Of a stretch of DNA of 44,326 bases, positions 1 through 11,700 are shown in pieces. The position numbers and the translations under genes are program-made. Origin of the DNA: a virus (taxonomy: Duplodnaviria > Caudoviricetes); the IMG/VR virus record IMGVR_UViG_3300020045_003211, positions 1-44,326 of that record; one strand, given 5' to 3'. Below the pieces are notes generated by a model that worked only from the letters and a program-made list of their open reading frames with translations, searched no databases and had not been told where the DNA came from. Position 1 is the stretch's first letter. Each line of letters starts with the position of its first letter.

Positions 1-317
1 TCTTCCACTTGTTTTACTCTGTCTCTTATAGCACTCACATCATTTCTAATTTCAGCTATATTAGGGCACATTACATAGTGGTTATTATTCTGTCTATTTA
101 ATTCTTTAATATCATCTTCTGCTCTAAGAAGTCTTCCATTAGTCTTTGTTGTTTGTTCTCTTATAAAGTTTAAGAGTTCAAGAATGTTATCATTGTTTGT
201 ATCTATTTTTTCTCCTAAATTATGATTATTTACATCAATTTTATCATTTAATGTGTCTAATCGATTTTCAAGAAGTTCTTGAACTAGTTCTAAATTACTT
301 TTCATCCTAGGTGACAT
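1..317 (-). CDS. Partial coiled-coil protein that runs off the left edge; possibly holin/lysis-accessory-like
   Basis: Not in the ORF track. ATG at 315-317 opens an uninterrupted frame to the edge: MSPRMKSNLELVQELLENRLDTLNDKID...IREQTTKTNGRLLRAEDDIKEL...RVKQVE. Function is a guess from the heptad pattern and QTTKTNGR motif. Confidence 0.7.
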   Translation of the reverse strand, partial: MSPRMKSNLELVQELLENRLDTLNDKIDVNNHNLGEKIDTNNDNILELLNFIREQTTKTNGRLLRAEDDIKELNRQNNNHYVMCPNIAEIRNDVSAIRDRVKQVE

Positions 318-402
318 TTTATAAAAGTTAGAGAATTTACAACAAATTTGTCGTAATAAAAGTTACGTTAAAATTAATAATAATATTTTTAAAAAACAAA
401 CA

Positions 403-3400
403 CTATCTTCTTGATTGTGTTGTCAGTTTTACTCCCATTTCACGAGCCAATTCAGGGCTAATATATGGTAACACCTCAGAATTAAATTGAGCAGCACCCG
501 GAATAATATTTAAGAAATATTTTATAGGATAAGCTTTCTTAATCATATCTTCATCATCTATAATATATCCTGTAGTTTCTCTAGTCAAAGCTGTCATAAA
601 TTGTCCTACCTTTACCAATACATTTAATGCAGGAAGTACATTTCCTTGTGTAATCTGTGTGAATGAAAGAGGATTATAATAAAATTGAATTTCATCACTA
701 ATTTTATTAATTGCTTTAGCTAGGAATTTATATTGATTTTTTTCGTAATCTGTAGCATCTTCTGGGGGTTCTGCTGCTTTAGAAGCAATAAGTACACCCA
801 TCATTCCCACCAATAACCCAAGTTCTTTCATTTCTTTAGAGAGTTCATTCCTAATTAAGTCATAGAATTCTTCATTGGTTATTTCAAGTTGCTGTCCTGT
901 CTTTAAAAAATAGTCATGTTTCTTCTGTTCTAACATATCATCTAAAATTCTAAGTCCCTCTTCTGTTCCATTAAGAATTTCTCTCATTTTAAATATATTC
1001 CTAGCACCTAATTGAGCCCATGTCTTTACAAATACTCTCGTCCTACCATATTCCCACTCATCTAATTCAATATTTTTATGAATATCCAATGCTCTTGAAG
1101 CAACTAATTTAGGAATCCATGTTTTAAACATCATGAATGATCTTAAAATTGTGTCCCTTCTATATCCAGCTTTATTTTCATTACTCATCTGTCCATTAAG
1201 CTGCCTATTGTATTCTATTACTTTTACTCTATATTTAGCTAACTCCTCTTCAGAAACATTAGGAATTACTACCTCATCATTTTCTATTTTAGCAATTTTA
1301 ATAAGAGATTGTTCTTCTTTTAATTTTGCCACTCTATCTTCATATGTTTTCTCCAATTGTTTCCTTTCCTCTAGAGAAAGAGAATATTTGGACATTCTAT
1401 CCTGCACTTTTACATACTGCCTAATATTTACAATTTTGCCATTTACCACCATAGAGTTTTCATTAAAACTCATAGCATTAGCATATTGAAGTCTTCTTTC
1501 AGGAAATGAATTTGTAATCATCATTACATCTGTAAAACTCCAAGTACCTAAAAATTTTAATAGCCCTTCTTTCTTAGCAATTTTTCTTTGTCCTTCTATA
1601 GAAACATCTTCATTAAGAGGAATAATCATATGCAATAATGCTTTCTCCAGAGTTGATAAACCCACACCTGTTGAAATCTTTCCATTATTTTTTTCAAATT
1701 CTCTAAACCTGTACATGTTTCCTGCTGTAATAAAAGCTTGAAACTGACCTCCAGCATAGTTGGCAATAGCAATAAGGGGTTTCAAACCAACACCAAGTAC
1801 ACGTACTAATGTGTCCATATTACTAATTACTTTCTTTGTAGACATAGCAGCCTTATTCTGCTGTTCTTCATCTTTGGAAAATTTACCTGTTACAGCCCCT
1901 ATACCAACATTTCCTAATGAACTAACATCTTCTGTCAAGTCATATAAATAATCCTCTACAATGGTTTGTAATATGTCTGCATTCTTATTCTCCACTTTGT
2001 TTACCTTTGGTACACCAGCTTCCATTATAATTTTTCTATCTTGATCTACCATTAAACTTCCCTTACTCTGTTCTACAGAATGAAGAGTTAGTAAAGTGTT
2101 TTCTAAGTTTCTTGCATTCTCGTATTCATAAATAGACTTCACCCACAGAGCACCAACTTTTGTTAGGTCTGTAGAGAGTTGTTCTATTTCTTTATCTGTC
2201 TTTGTAAAATATTTAGGAATAGTACGTCTTAATTGTCCTGTTTCTGGATCAATTTTAGAATAAGTTTGCTCTTCATTAATTCTTGTTTTATAAAAATCTT
2301 GGAAGAAATCTTTTGTTTGTGCCGCAATGTCACTTGTATTAGCAAACTTCTCCATAATTGTTGCTTCAATTAATGGAAAGAAGGAACTCCCCTGCCTGTC
2401 TAAATAACCAACTTGTCTTGCTTTCTCATTTAATTCTGTAAAAAATTGCCATACTTTTCTAGCATTTTCACTCATTTCTGTATATTCTTTAGAATAATGT
2501 CCTTCTAAGTTTACAGATTTGTTAAAAATATAACTAAAATGAAATCCATCATAGCCATTAAAGGTTGTTCTATTTATATCAATAGAATCTTTGAGTCTTT
2601 CAATTCTTCTATTTCTTTCTTCTACATCATTTTCTTCTTCTGTAGAAAACTGTGTACTTTCCAATGCAATGATACCTCTTTCAATAGCTTCTTGAGCAAG
2701 AACATTATATTGTTCTACATCCATATTTTTTAAAAAGAATTCTTTATTCCTATCTTTTTTGGCTGTAGCAATTTCTTCCCAAAATTCTTTGCTAACTTTT
2801 CTAATTAATTTAAGTCCTTTTTCACTAACTGTTCCAATTAAATTAAAAGCTTTCACACCTTTATTCTTAGCTTCTTCATCCAAAGGCAAAAGAATTTTTT
2901 CAAACTTATTAATTTTATTAGCAACTTTTCTATTAATTAAACTTTGTGCATTAAGAATTAAATGTGTTGCAAGTTTTATAATTTTTGCTGAAAGTTTTGA
3001 AGCTTCTAAAAATGTTTTTGAAAATCCATCAATTGCTTTTTCAGCATCAAGAACAGACATTTTGTTTTCTTCTGTTGTTAATTCTTCTCTTAATGCTAAC
3101 TGTATAACAAATTCTTTTTGTAACTTTTCTATTCTAGCAAACATTCGCCCTGTAGAAGCAGAAATTTGTTCAAGAATTACTAATGTTTTTTTGTCTTCTG
3201 GGCCCAATTCTTCTCTGGAAATATGAGAAAGATATACTTCATCTAGGGTAGCATATTTCTCAGCACTCTTTTTGTATTCTAATAAATCACCAAGTTTCTT
3301 TTGAATATCTTCCTTACTTAATTTAGAATAATCAATATTTTCAAATGATTTGAATGTTTGTGCAGCATTATTAAGGAATGTTCTACCAACATTAATTAAA

Positions 3401-5781
3401 GGTTCAAAATTCAATTGTAATTGTAATGAGCGAATTGCTTTTCTCATTTGGTTTAATTGAATATCTTTTGCCCCTCTTTCTTCTGGGCTAACAGGTTTCT
3501 TATAAAGTTTTTCCCATTGTGTTCTAAGAGCCTCTAATAATATATCAATCTGAATATTTCCTGTAGATTCTGTATTAACAGGAACAGGAAGTAAATACAT
3601 ATTAGTTTCTGTAACACTATTAATTTTTCCTATTTCTATAGAGGTAGGAACTAAAGGGCTTTTATTATTACCTTTTATAGAAGAACCATAATTCATTATA
3701 AAAGGAATCATTCTAGCTTTCCTTAATTGACTTGCTTTAAGTCCATATTGATAAAGAATCTTTGTATATTCTCCCATTTGCATCTTCCATTCCCTTTCTT
3801 TAAACCAAGGAATATCTTCTGTTTTATTCTTATTAATATCTGTAAATTTCCAATCTAAAATATCAACTTTAGGTTCTCCATTTTCTTGTGGCTCTATAGC
3901 AATAAAATCCACTGTAGAAGCTAACTTACCCTTCACCTGTTCATTAACAACTTTTCTTTCTACAAGAAATCTTGTCCCTTCTTTAAAAGAATATATGAGT
4001 TCTTTAGCAAAATTCTGAATTGCTTCTTGCTGTTTTTCAGAAAGCACAGTGTCAATTTTAGTATTTAAAGGGATTTTAAGAGCATATCCATCCTTGTCAA
4101 TAAGATTGGTAGTAATGAAGATTTCAAGTAGTCTGTGACCTTCACTTCCCCATTCCCTCTTTTGCTCATCAAACACTTTATCTTCTGCACCTCTTTCAGG
4201 CATCTTTTGATTCTCTTTAGCTTTCTCTGTAACAGATTTTGCTATTTTCTCTCCATCAATTGTATAATGCCTTTTATCATTAATTGTTTCTGGGTGTAAT
4301 TCCATTCTGCTATCAATATCTACAATCTTATTATATATAGCATCTACTTTATCATTTTTTAATTGATAGAAAGTTTCTGTTCCTTTAAAAGAAAGGACTT
4401 CATCCCCATTAATTTGTTCAATCCTGTATTGTCCTTTTGGTATGATAATCTTATCTCCAATAATCTTTACTTCTCCTGCTTCTCTAATTATTTTATTAGA
4501 TAGATTTTTAGGAATTTGTACTAACCAATAACCATTATCTGATAATCTTTGTAATTCTGATTCAGCATCATAGGTTTCAGATGCCAAATTCTGAGCAACT
4601 TCTAATTGCCCATTACCGTATTCAATAGCAGATTGTAAATTATCTGTCATTGATATCCCCTTACTTAGCAGTCCTGCTTTTTTATATAAATTGTCTTCTT
4701 TGGCATAAAGAACCAAATTACCGTTTTCATCAATTATAGGTTTCTCTATTTGTCCCCTATAATAACTACTATTGTTCTGGGTTATTCCATATTTAGCACC
4801 AACATTTCCAGCAATTACTTGCTTACCAGCTTGCCCAAAAATATCAATATTTGTTTTTCTATATACACCTCTAATAAAGTCTTTAATTGTATTCCACCAT
4901 TGTTGTACAAGAATTTTATTTGTTTCTTGTAATAATTCAGGAAATTGTGTTGTATTTTCAGAATTATTAATAATCACCTCTGTAATTAATTTATCAACAG
5001 CCTCTTTCTTAATTTTACGAATATCAGGTTTTCCATTGGAAAGTTGATAGTTTCTATTGTCTTTATAGGAATTTAAGGTTTCCTTATAAATTTTAAACCT
5101 ATCAATCTTACTAATTAATTCTGTTACAAGTTTTGGATTTGTTTGTTCAAGAATAGCTGTAGCAATATGTACAAATTCTTCTGTTAATGTAACATTCTCC
5201 ATTCCATGTGCAATAGCTATTACACCTTTTACTAAATCTGCTACACCATTAATACTCTTTGTATCTAGTCCAGTGGATTTTGCATATTCTGTCAAGGATT
5301 GAATATCAATTCCCATTTTGTTTGCAGCTTCTTTTACTTTATTAAGAGTTTCTTTTGATGCTTCTGAGGAAGGTAATTCTGCTACTTGGAAAAATTGCTC
5401 TTCTCCTTCTATTTCTTTTAGTCGTTCTTCTAATTCTCTTTGGTGTTCTTCAGATTCCCATTGTTTAATTGCCTCCTCTCTTTCTGCATCATCTTTGGTA
5501 TTAAGAAGAGTGAGTTGTTTTGTTGTTGGTTCTATTACAACACCTCTTTTATTATCTTTTGTTCCATTATAAAAAACCTTTCCAATATTAATATCAGAAT
5601 TAATACTCTTATTCAGAGTTTCGGCAATTGTTTCTGCTACAGAAAAGTAATTTCCCGGAAATACTTTTTTACTAAATGATGTTAATATCTGAATGAAATT
5701 ACTTCCATCAAATTTTAAATAAGATTTATCCTTCGTAAAATCCTCTACAGTATGTTTGATTCCTAAGTTACATGCACTCAT
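403..5781 (-). CDS. Large virion cargo (ejection) protein, 1792 aa, polyvalent: degenerate zincin-like, ART-like and PD-(D/E)XK nuclease-like domains plus a helical C-terminal region
   Basis: LTEEFVHIA (zincin-like); YYRGQ...GISMTDNLQSAIEYG...EAGEVKII (ART-like); LASTVDFIAI...VDILDWKF...QMGEY (PD-(D/E)XK). Lies directly downstream of the vRNAP gene, as crAss cargo genes do. Confidence 0.8.
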   Translation of the reverse strand: MSACNLGIKHTVEDFTKDKSYLKFDGSNFIQILTSFSKKVFPGNYFSVAETIAETLNKSINSDINIGKVFYNGTKDNKRGVVIEPTTKQLTLLNTKDDAEREEAIKQWESEEHQRELEERLKEIEGEEQFFQVAELPSSEASKETLNKVKEAANKMGIDIQSLTEYAKSTGLDTKSINGVADLVKGVIAIAHGMENVTLTEEFVHIATAILEQTNPKLVTELISKIDRFKIYKETLNSYKDNRNYQLSNGKPDIRKIKKEAVDKLITEVIINNSENTTQFPELLQETNKILVQQWWNTIKDFIRGVYRKTNIDIFGQAGKQVIAGNVGAKYGITQNNSSYYRGQIEKPIIDENGNLVLYAKEDNLYKKAGLLSKGISMTDNLQSAIEYGNGQLEVAQNLASETYDAESELQRLSDNGYWLVQIPKNLSNKIIREAGEVKIIGDKIIIPKGQYRIEQINGDEVLSFKGTETFYQLKNDKVDAIYNKIVDIDSRMELHPETINDKRHYTIDGEKIAKSVTEKAKENQKMPERGAEDKVFDEQKREWGSEGHRLLEIFITTNLIDKDGYALKIPLNTKIDTVLSEKQQEAIQNFAKELIYSFKEGTRFLVERKVVNEQVKGKLASTVDFIAIEPQENGEPKVDILDWKFTDINKNKTEDIPWFKEREWKMQMGEYTKILYQYGLKASQLRKARMIPFIMNYGSSIKGNNKSPLVPTSIEIGKINSVTETNMYLLPVPVNTESTGNIQIDILLEALRTQWEKLYKKPVSPEERGAKDIQLNQMRKAIRSLQLQLNFEPLINVGRTFLNNAAQTFKSFENIDYSKLSKEDIQKKLGDLLEYKKSAEKYATLDEVYLSHISREELGPEDKKTLVILEQISASTGRMFARIEKLQKEFVIQLALREELTTEENKMSVLDAEKAIDGFSKTFLEASKLSAKIIKLATHLILNAQSLINRKVANKINKFEKILLPLDEEAKNKGVKAFNLIGTVSEKGLKLIRKVSKEFWEEIATAKKDRNKEFFLKNMDVEQYNVLAQEAIERGIIALESTQFSTEEENDVEERNRRIERLKDSIDINRTTFNGYDGFHFSYIFNKSVNLEGHYSKEYTEMSENARKVWQFFTELNEKARQVGYLDRQGSSFFPLIEATIMEKFANTSDIAAQTKDFFQDFYKTRINEEQTYSKIDPETGQLRRTIPKYFTKTDKEIEQLSTDLTKVGALWVKSIYEYENARNLENTLLTLHSVEQSKGSLMVDQDRKIIMEAGVPKVNKVENKNADILQTIVEDYLYDLTEDVSSLGNVGIGAVTGKFSKDEEQQNKAAMSTKKVISNMDTLVRVLGVGLKPLIAIANYAGGQFQAFITAGNMYRFREFEKNNGKISTGVGLSTLEKALLHMIIPLNEDVSIEGQRKIAKKEGLLKFLGTWSFTDVMMITNSFPERRLQYANAMSFNENSMVVNGKIVNIRQYVKVQDRMSKYSLSLEERKQLEKTYEDRVAKLKEEQSLIKIAKIENDEVVIPNVSEEELAKYRVKVIEYNRQLNGQMSNENKAGYRRDTILRSFMMFKTWIPKLVASRALDIHKNIELDEWEYGRTRVFVKTWAQLGARNIFKMREILNGTEEGLRILDDMLEQKKHDYFLKTGQQLEITNEEFYDLIRNELSKEMKELGLLVGMMGVLIASKAAEPPEDATDYEKNQYKFLAKAINKISDEIQFYYNPLSFTQITQGNVLPALNVLVKVGQFMTALTRETTGYIIDDEDMIKKAYPIKYFLNIIPGAAQFNSEVLPYISPELAREMGVKLTTQSRR

Positions 5782-5784
5782 ATA

Positions 5785-8700
5785 TTAACATTTAAAATCA
5801 TTAGTTTTTAAATTTATTCCTTTTTGTAAATCATTTGACCAATTCTCTGTAGAAGAGAACCTACTTTTAAAAGAACTTTCACTTGAAATATCTTGTCCAG
5901 ATATGTTTCTAAATGTCCATCCCTTAGGAGCTAAAATCATTGTTGGAATATTGAGTAAAAGTCCTGCTTTTGCACCAGCCTCATCAAATCCTGTTTGTCC
6001 ACCTGTTCTAATTGCAGAAACTTTATTTTTTAAATTAGGAGATTCTATAACAGCTTTAAGTAAATCATAAGTAAATTGATCAACTTGTTCCTGTGTATAC
6101 TTTCCCTTCATTGTATAAATACCATTTCCAGCAATATTTAAGGTAATACCATTAGAAAATAAATCTGAAACTTTTTTAATAGAATTTAATTCATTAACAA
6201 TTCCATTTACTCTTTCTGGTGTTACTGCTAATCTATTTGCGTCTACAGAAATATACTTCTTATTTTGACTTAATACAGAGGTTTTTGTTAGTCTTTCTCC
6301 AGCACTTGTAAAATCTACAGCAATTGCAATAGTTGCATCTGCAGAAGCATTTTTAATAGTTCTTTCTCTATAACCAGAAGATTGCTCTTCTTGAAAATTA
6401 ATATTCCCCATTAATGTAGTATTAGAAATTACTGGTGAAGATACAACATTTTCTCCAAATAATATCTTAGAAACTAATTCATCTTCAACCTCTGCGGAAA
6501 TTATTTTCTTTTCAATTGTTCCATTTGGTTGTTTTTCTTCTATTTCTTTTTCTACTTTAATATAATCATTATTTAAAACAGAAGCTTGTTCAACATTATA
6601 AAACTCTTTTGCTCTAAAAGAATCTCCCCAAGCATTAATCATTTTATAAATATATTTTTCATATACAATTCCTGTTTTCTTATCTTCTGAAGAATGCATT
6701 AAGGGAATTCTGTTTCCATTTTCATCTTCTGTATAAACCTTCTGGAATAAGCCCTTCTGCACATGACTTCTATCACTTGTTCTTCTTCTTTTAATCCTTT
6801 CAAATTTAGAAATATATTTTTCCCAACTGTAGGTAATAAAATCAGATTTTGCATCCTGTGAGTGTACAGACATTGTAATTGTCATAGGAAGAATACCATC
6901 AGCTTTTGCTTTATTAAGTCTTACTAATGGTTTGTCAATGTAATTCTGACTAGGATAATACCAATCTCCTCTTTTATTCTGTTTAATCTTATCTTTCTTA
7001 AAAGGAATAATGTCTGTATTTGCCCAATTGTTTCTTTCAAATACATGAAGAGAATGAAAGTCAATTAAATTTGGCATATCTTCTAGAGAAGAAAGTGTTT
7101 CATTGTAGATTTTCTTGAAGTCTTCATATGGTAACAATTGACTAAAGGCAATTGGTGAATTTGTGAGTCCTGATTGTAATACAGCAAGTCTCATAAATTT
7201 TCCATACAATCCACCTTTTTCATATCCTAAATATGGTCTAAGTTCTCTAAATGCAGCAATCACTTGATTTTGATCATACACTTTATTCTCTGTACCAACT
7301 AATTTTAAGTTTTGTACTTTTCCTACTTTATCACCAGTTTCAAGTCTAATTGATTTTAGAATAAGATTATCAAATAAAGGATGATTTTTATTTTTCATCA
7401 CCTTATCTCTAAAAGCAATAATTTGTTGTGCCACACTCTTTTCACTTTCATTACCTAGAAGTATAGAAGCGACTTTGTTATTTAATTTTGTATTAGTCTG
7501 CATAGCCCAATCAAATAAATCTGCTACAGCTTTCTGACTAATCTTAACAAAGTCTCTATCATTAGTATTAATATAAGGTGTTAAAACAGCTTCCATTACT
7601 TGTCTTACAGAATACTTTGTAGCATCATCATTGGTTCTGTCAGAAATAAGAATTGTAGAAAAAGCATCCCTCACTTGATTAATCTTAGTTCTAAGTCTAC
7701 CTCTAAATGAGTTATTTAATAGATCATCTATAGAAGAAATAATGGTTTTTCTTGCTTTCTCTAATTGTTTTTCTTTCTTAAAGATCAAATAAGGATCATT
7801 TAAATTAGCTGTATCAAAGTTACTACCTTGTGTTACTTGGAATAAATGATTAGCCATTTTAGAATATTTCAAGAACTCATCAAGAATAAATTGTTGTTGT
7901 GCTAATTGCTCATCTTTAAGAGTTTTATTTCCTACCATATCACCTAATTCTGTTTCAGAAGGAATAAGAGAAATACTAATAGGAGTACTAGGTTTAAATT
8001 TAGCTTGTGAAGCATTAACAAAATCATCTATAAATAACCAAGAATACCCTGCATTTTCAAGTGATTGTAGATATTCTTTTATAATAGGTTGATTCATAAA
8101 ATAAGCAACTGTCTTAACAGGCACACCAGCTTTAATTAAAAATAACCATGTTCCTGCTGTAGAAGGTGTTGCTCCTAATTCCATAATCCATGCACCCTTA
8201 CTAATATCCACATATCCATCAATCATTTGAGAAATAATATCAGAAATATTATCTCCTACTTGGTTTTTTATCATTGATAATGTAGGAAGTAATTTTCCAT
8301 TAATAAGAATTTTATTAAACTTAGGAAAATGAAATTTACCATCATCAAGCCATTTCTTATCTTCTTCAGGAACTAAATCCATTCTCTCATAATCAATAGT
8401 CGTAACTGCTCTCTGGTTATCTGAATGATTAGTTTGTCCAACAGCAGCAATACCAATAGCTTGCTTACCAGAAACAAAATTCTGTCTAAGAGTAGTCATA
8501 AATCTTCTACTCAACATGTTCCCTACATTAGAATAATCAATCTCTGGTCTTCCTAGTTTACTATTAATATCTCTTGCTAAACCTTTTAACTGATCTGCAC
8601 TATTTGGTTTTATTAAGTTTTTAAAGTTTAATGGATGAGAAACAAGATTTTCTAAACTCTGTATATAAGCATTCTCTAGTGCTTCCTTATACATCTTATC

Positions 8701-11700
8701 CCCATAAAAATTTAGAAAATTCTCATCTATTAATTTACTCATCCATTTTGCAGAATCATTATTAGCCTTATCTAACACTCTTTGTTGGTATTCAGAAGGT
8801 AATAAGTTTTCTTCTTCTGCTTTAGTTCTAATAGCCTCAAATACTTCTCTATGGTTTAAATAGAATTCTGTTTCTTCCTCTGTTAAATTTGGAAAGAAAT
8901 CTAAGAAACTTTTAGTATCATCTACAGTTTCAAATTTGTCTAAGATATTAAATACACTTATTCTAAACTCATCTTTATTAGCAATCTTTTCAAGTTTAGT
9001 TCTTAGTTTCTCTGTATAATCATTAATATAGAATTGTTTTGTGATTTCTTCTGTTTCTTTTAATTCAACAAGTTTAATTTTTCTATCAATACTTTCAAAT
9101 GTATTCTTTAAATAAATAGAAAGTTTATCAATGTCAAAGTCACTACCAACTTTTTTAACCAAAGCTGAAGGGATAACAACACTATCACCAAAATCTTTTG
9201 GTAAGAATTTAGCAATTTTAAATACATCAATTGAATTCTGCTTCTGGGTAGGAATTCTAAATCCAATTCCTCCTAAAATCTTTTGTCCTTCCTCAGTATT
9301 ATTTAAATAATCTAATAGTTCCTTATCATTTAATTTACTATCAAACCATCTAGCCACCATAATTTCACAAACTCTCTTACCATCTTCATCCTTGTAGAAA
9401 CCAAGTACATCAGAAGTAAATGCTTGTTTACCATTAATAGTTGTAGAAGCTATTCTGTTTGATTCTAATAATGTAGAAGGAATTTGTACCTTCATACCAC
9501 CAGATATTTTAGGGCTTACAACATTCTTATCTGCAATAGAATAAAGAATATTTCTAATTTGTGCATAAGCTGGTGTAGCTTCTAATACAACATCTTGTTT
9601 CTTAAAATCATTAAAAGCATCTGTGATATTTTCATTTACTTCTCTTTTAAGAATTTCAGATGTCAAAGTATCTGTTAATTTATCTCTGTCTACAATCCTA
9701 AATCCCTCAAGAGTTTCTTCAATTCCTAATTTTTTAAGAAGAGTTTTATATCCCTGTTCAATTCTTTTCTCAAGAATGATTTGATTATTCTTAATTTCCT
9801 TATAAAGAAGTGAAGCATTTTCTCTTTTTTCTTCAGCATCTAAATTTGTCCACGCTACAAATCTATCTTCAAATTTTGCTTCTGTCAAAAAATCAATAGG
9901 CATCCCTGCTTCTAAAAAGTCCATTGTTACCAATTTGGTAATCTGACTACCTTGTGTTACCTGTGCAACATCTTTAGAAGGAACCTCTGATTGAACACCT
10001 ATAATAGAGAAAGGAATATTAATAATTGCTTGTGGTTGATTTTCCTTACTAACAGGAATTGGACTATTATTAAATGAACCATCTTCATTATATAGAGGAG
10101 TCACAACTTCTGCCCCTACTTTTCTACCTGTAGAATATACACCATAGTCAATACCTTCTTTCTGCATTTTATCATACAGTTTAAGAGCATTTGATTCTGG
10201 ATTTATTTCATGTAAGATTCTATAAGATAATGGAATAAGAGCATACTTATCCATTACTACATCATTGAATCTTCTACCATTAGCTTTATTACCAGATACA
10301 ATAGGTTTCAACACTGTATATGTATCTTTTACACTTGGATTGTCTTTTCCTTTTTTACTAACATCAAATATTTTCTCCTCTTCTGCTGTAAGAGCAATAC
10401 CTTTATAATATTTTTCATATGCTGTGTCATATCTATATTGTCTTTCATTATCTTGTGACCATTCTCCTGCTCTAATTTTAAATACTCTTAAAGCTTTTAA
10501 TGTCAAGTAACCACCACCATCAGTTTCTTCATATGGCTTGTCATACTCAGGAAGTTCATCTGTAGAAAATACATCACCAAGAGTAATTGTAGAGAAATGT
10601 TCTTTGGTCATATCAGTATAACCAATATCATCTTTAGTGTATCCTTGATTATATTTCTTATTTAGAGCTTCGCTAATTTTTACACTTCCATGTACTAAAG
10701 GTTGTCTAGGTGAATTAAAGTTCTTAATACGTTTTAATTCATCAGCATATTGATAAGGATCAGAATAAACTAATTTATGTAATTCAATGTTAGCAATCAT
10801 GTAATTAACCGAAAGTTGTTTCAGTTTACTACTAATATTTGCATCTGTGACTTCTGTATTCTGCATAAAAGCAAGTCCATCAGCAACTAGTCCTTCTTCT
10901 CCTTGATAAATAACACCATAACTTCTAAGCATCAATTCTACATCAGAAGCATCTTCTTTAATAAAAGTATTAACAGCAGCATTAATTTTTCCCTTGTACC
11001 CATCATACACTTCTTCAGGAGTATAGATACTATTCTCTTTAGCCATTATCTCCTTATGCAATTCTTCACCAAGAATAGACTTAAAGAATCTTAAATCTTT
11101 AGCATTTTTACTACCAACTACTCTTCTGTTTTCTCTGGCTAATTTAACTTCTGAAATAAAATAATTTTTAAATACTTCTAAATGCTTATTATTTTTAAAT
11201 TCTTCTTCAGAAATAAATGCAGCATCAGCACTATGCATATAAATTGCATGTTCTATAGAAGCATCTCCGGGAACAAGATTCATATAATACCCATAGGAAT
11301 TCATATTTAAATCCTGTACAAGTCTTTCTTTATGTGTTAATTTGGAAGATTCTTTTTTCTTTCCTGTTTGTTCATTAATTGTTCCATCAATATATGCTGT
11401 TTTAAATAATCCCTCAGAACCTTCTCTTCTATTTCCTGTTTCTAAATTAAACATCATATTTAAAAGAACACTACCTACAGCAAATGAATCTGTTAATAGG
11501 TATTTATACTCTTCTGGAAGTTCATTATTGATATTACTAATCTTAGAAAGAACATCATACAAATTACTCACAACATTAGTTCCTAGAAATCCTTGTACTC
11601 TTTCCCCATTAATATTAAAATATGTACTTTCAAATTGTGGATTTTCAATAATTGCTTTTATTTCTCCTAGTTCTAAAAGTCTTCCTTCTAAATCAAGTGA

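Noticed and set aside
318-402. Promoter or terminator between the 1792-aa gene and the edge ORF
   Set aside because: Only a mismatched -7 box (CAAATTTG), with no good -33 box, stable hairpin or TAAC-N7-GTTA site.
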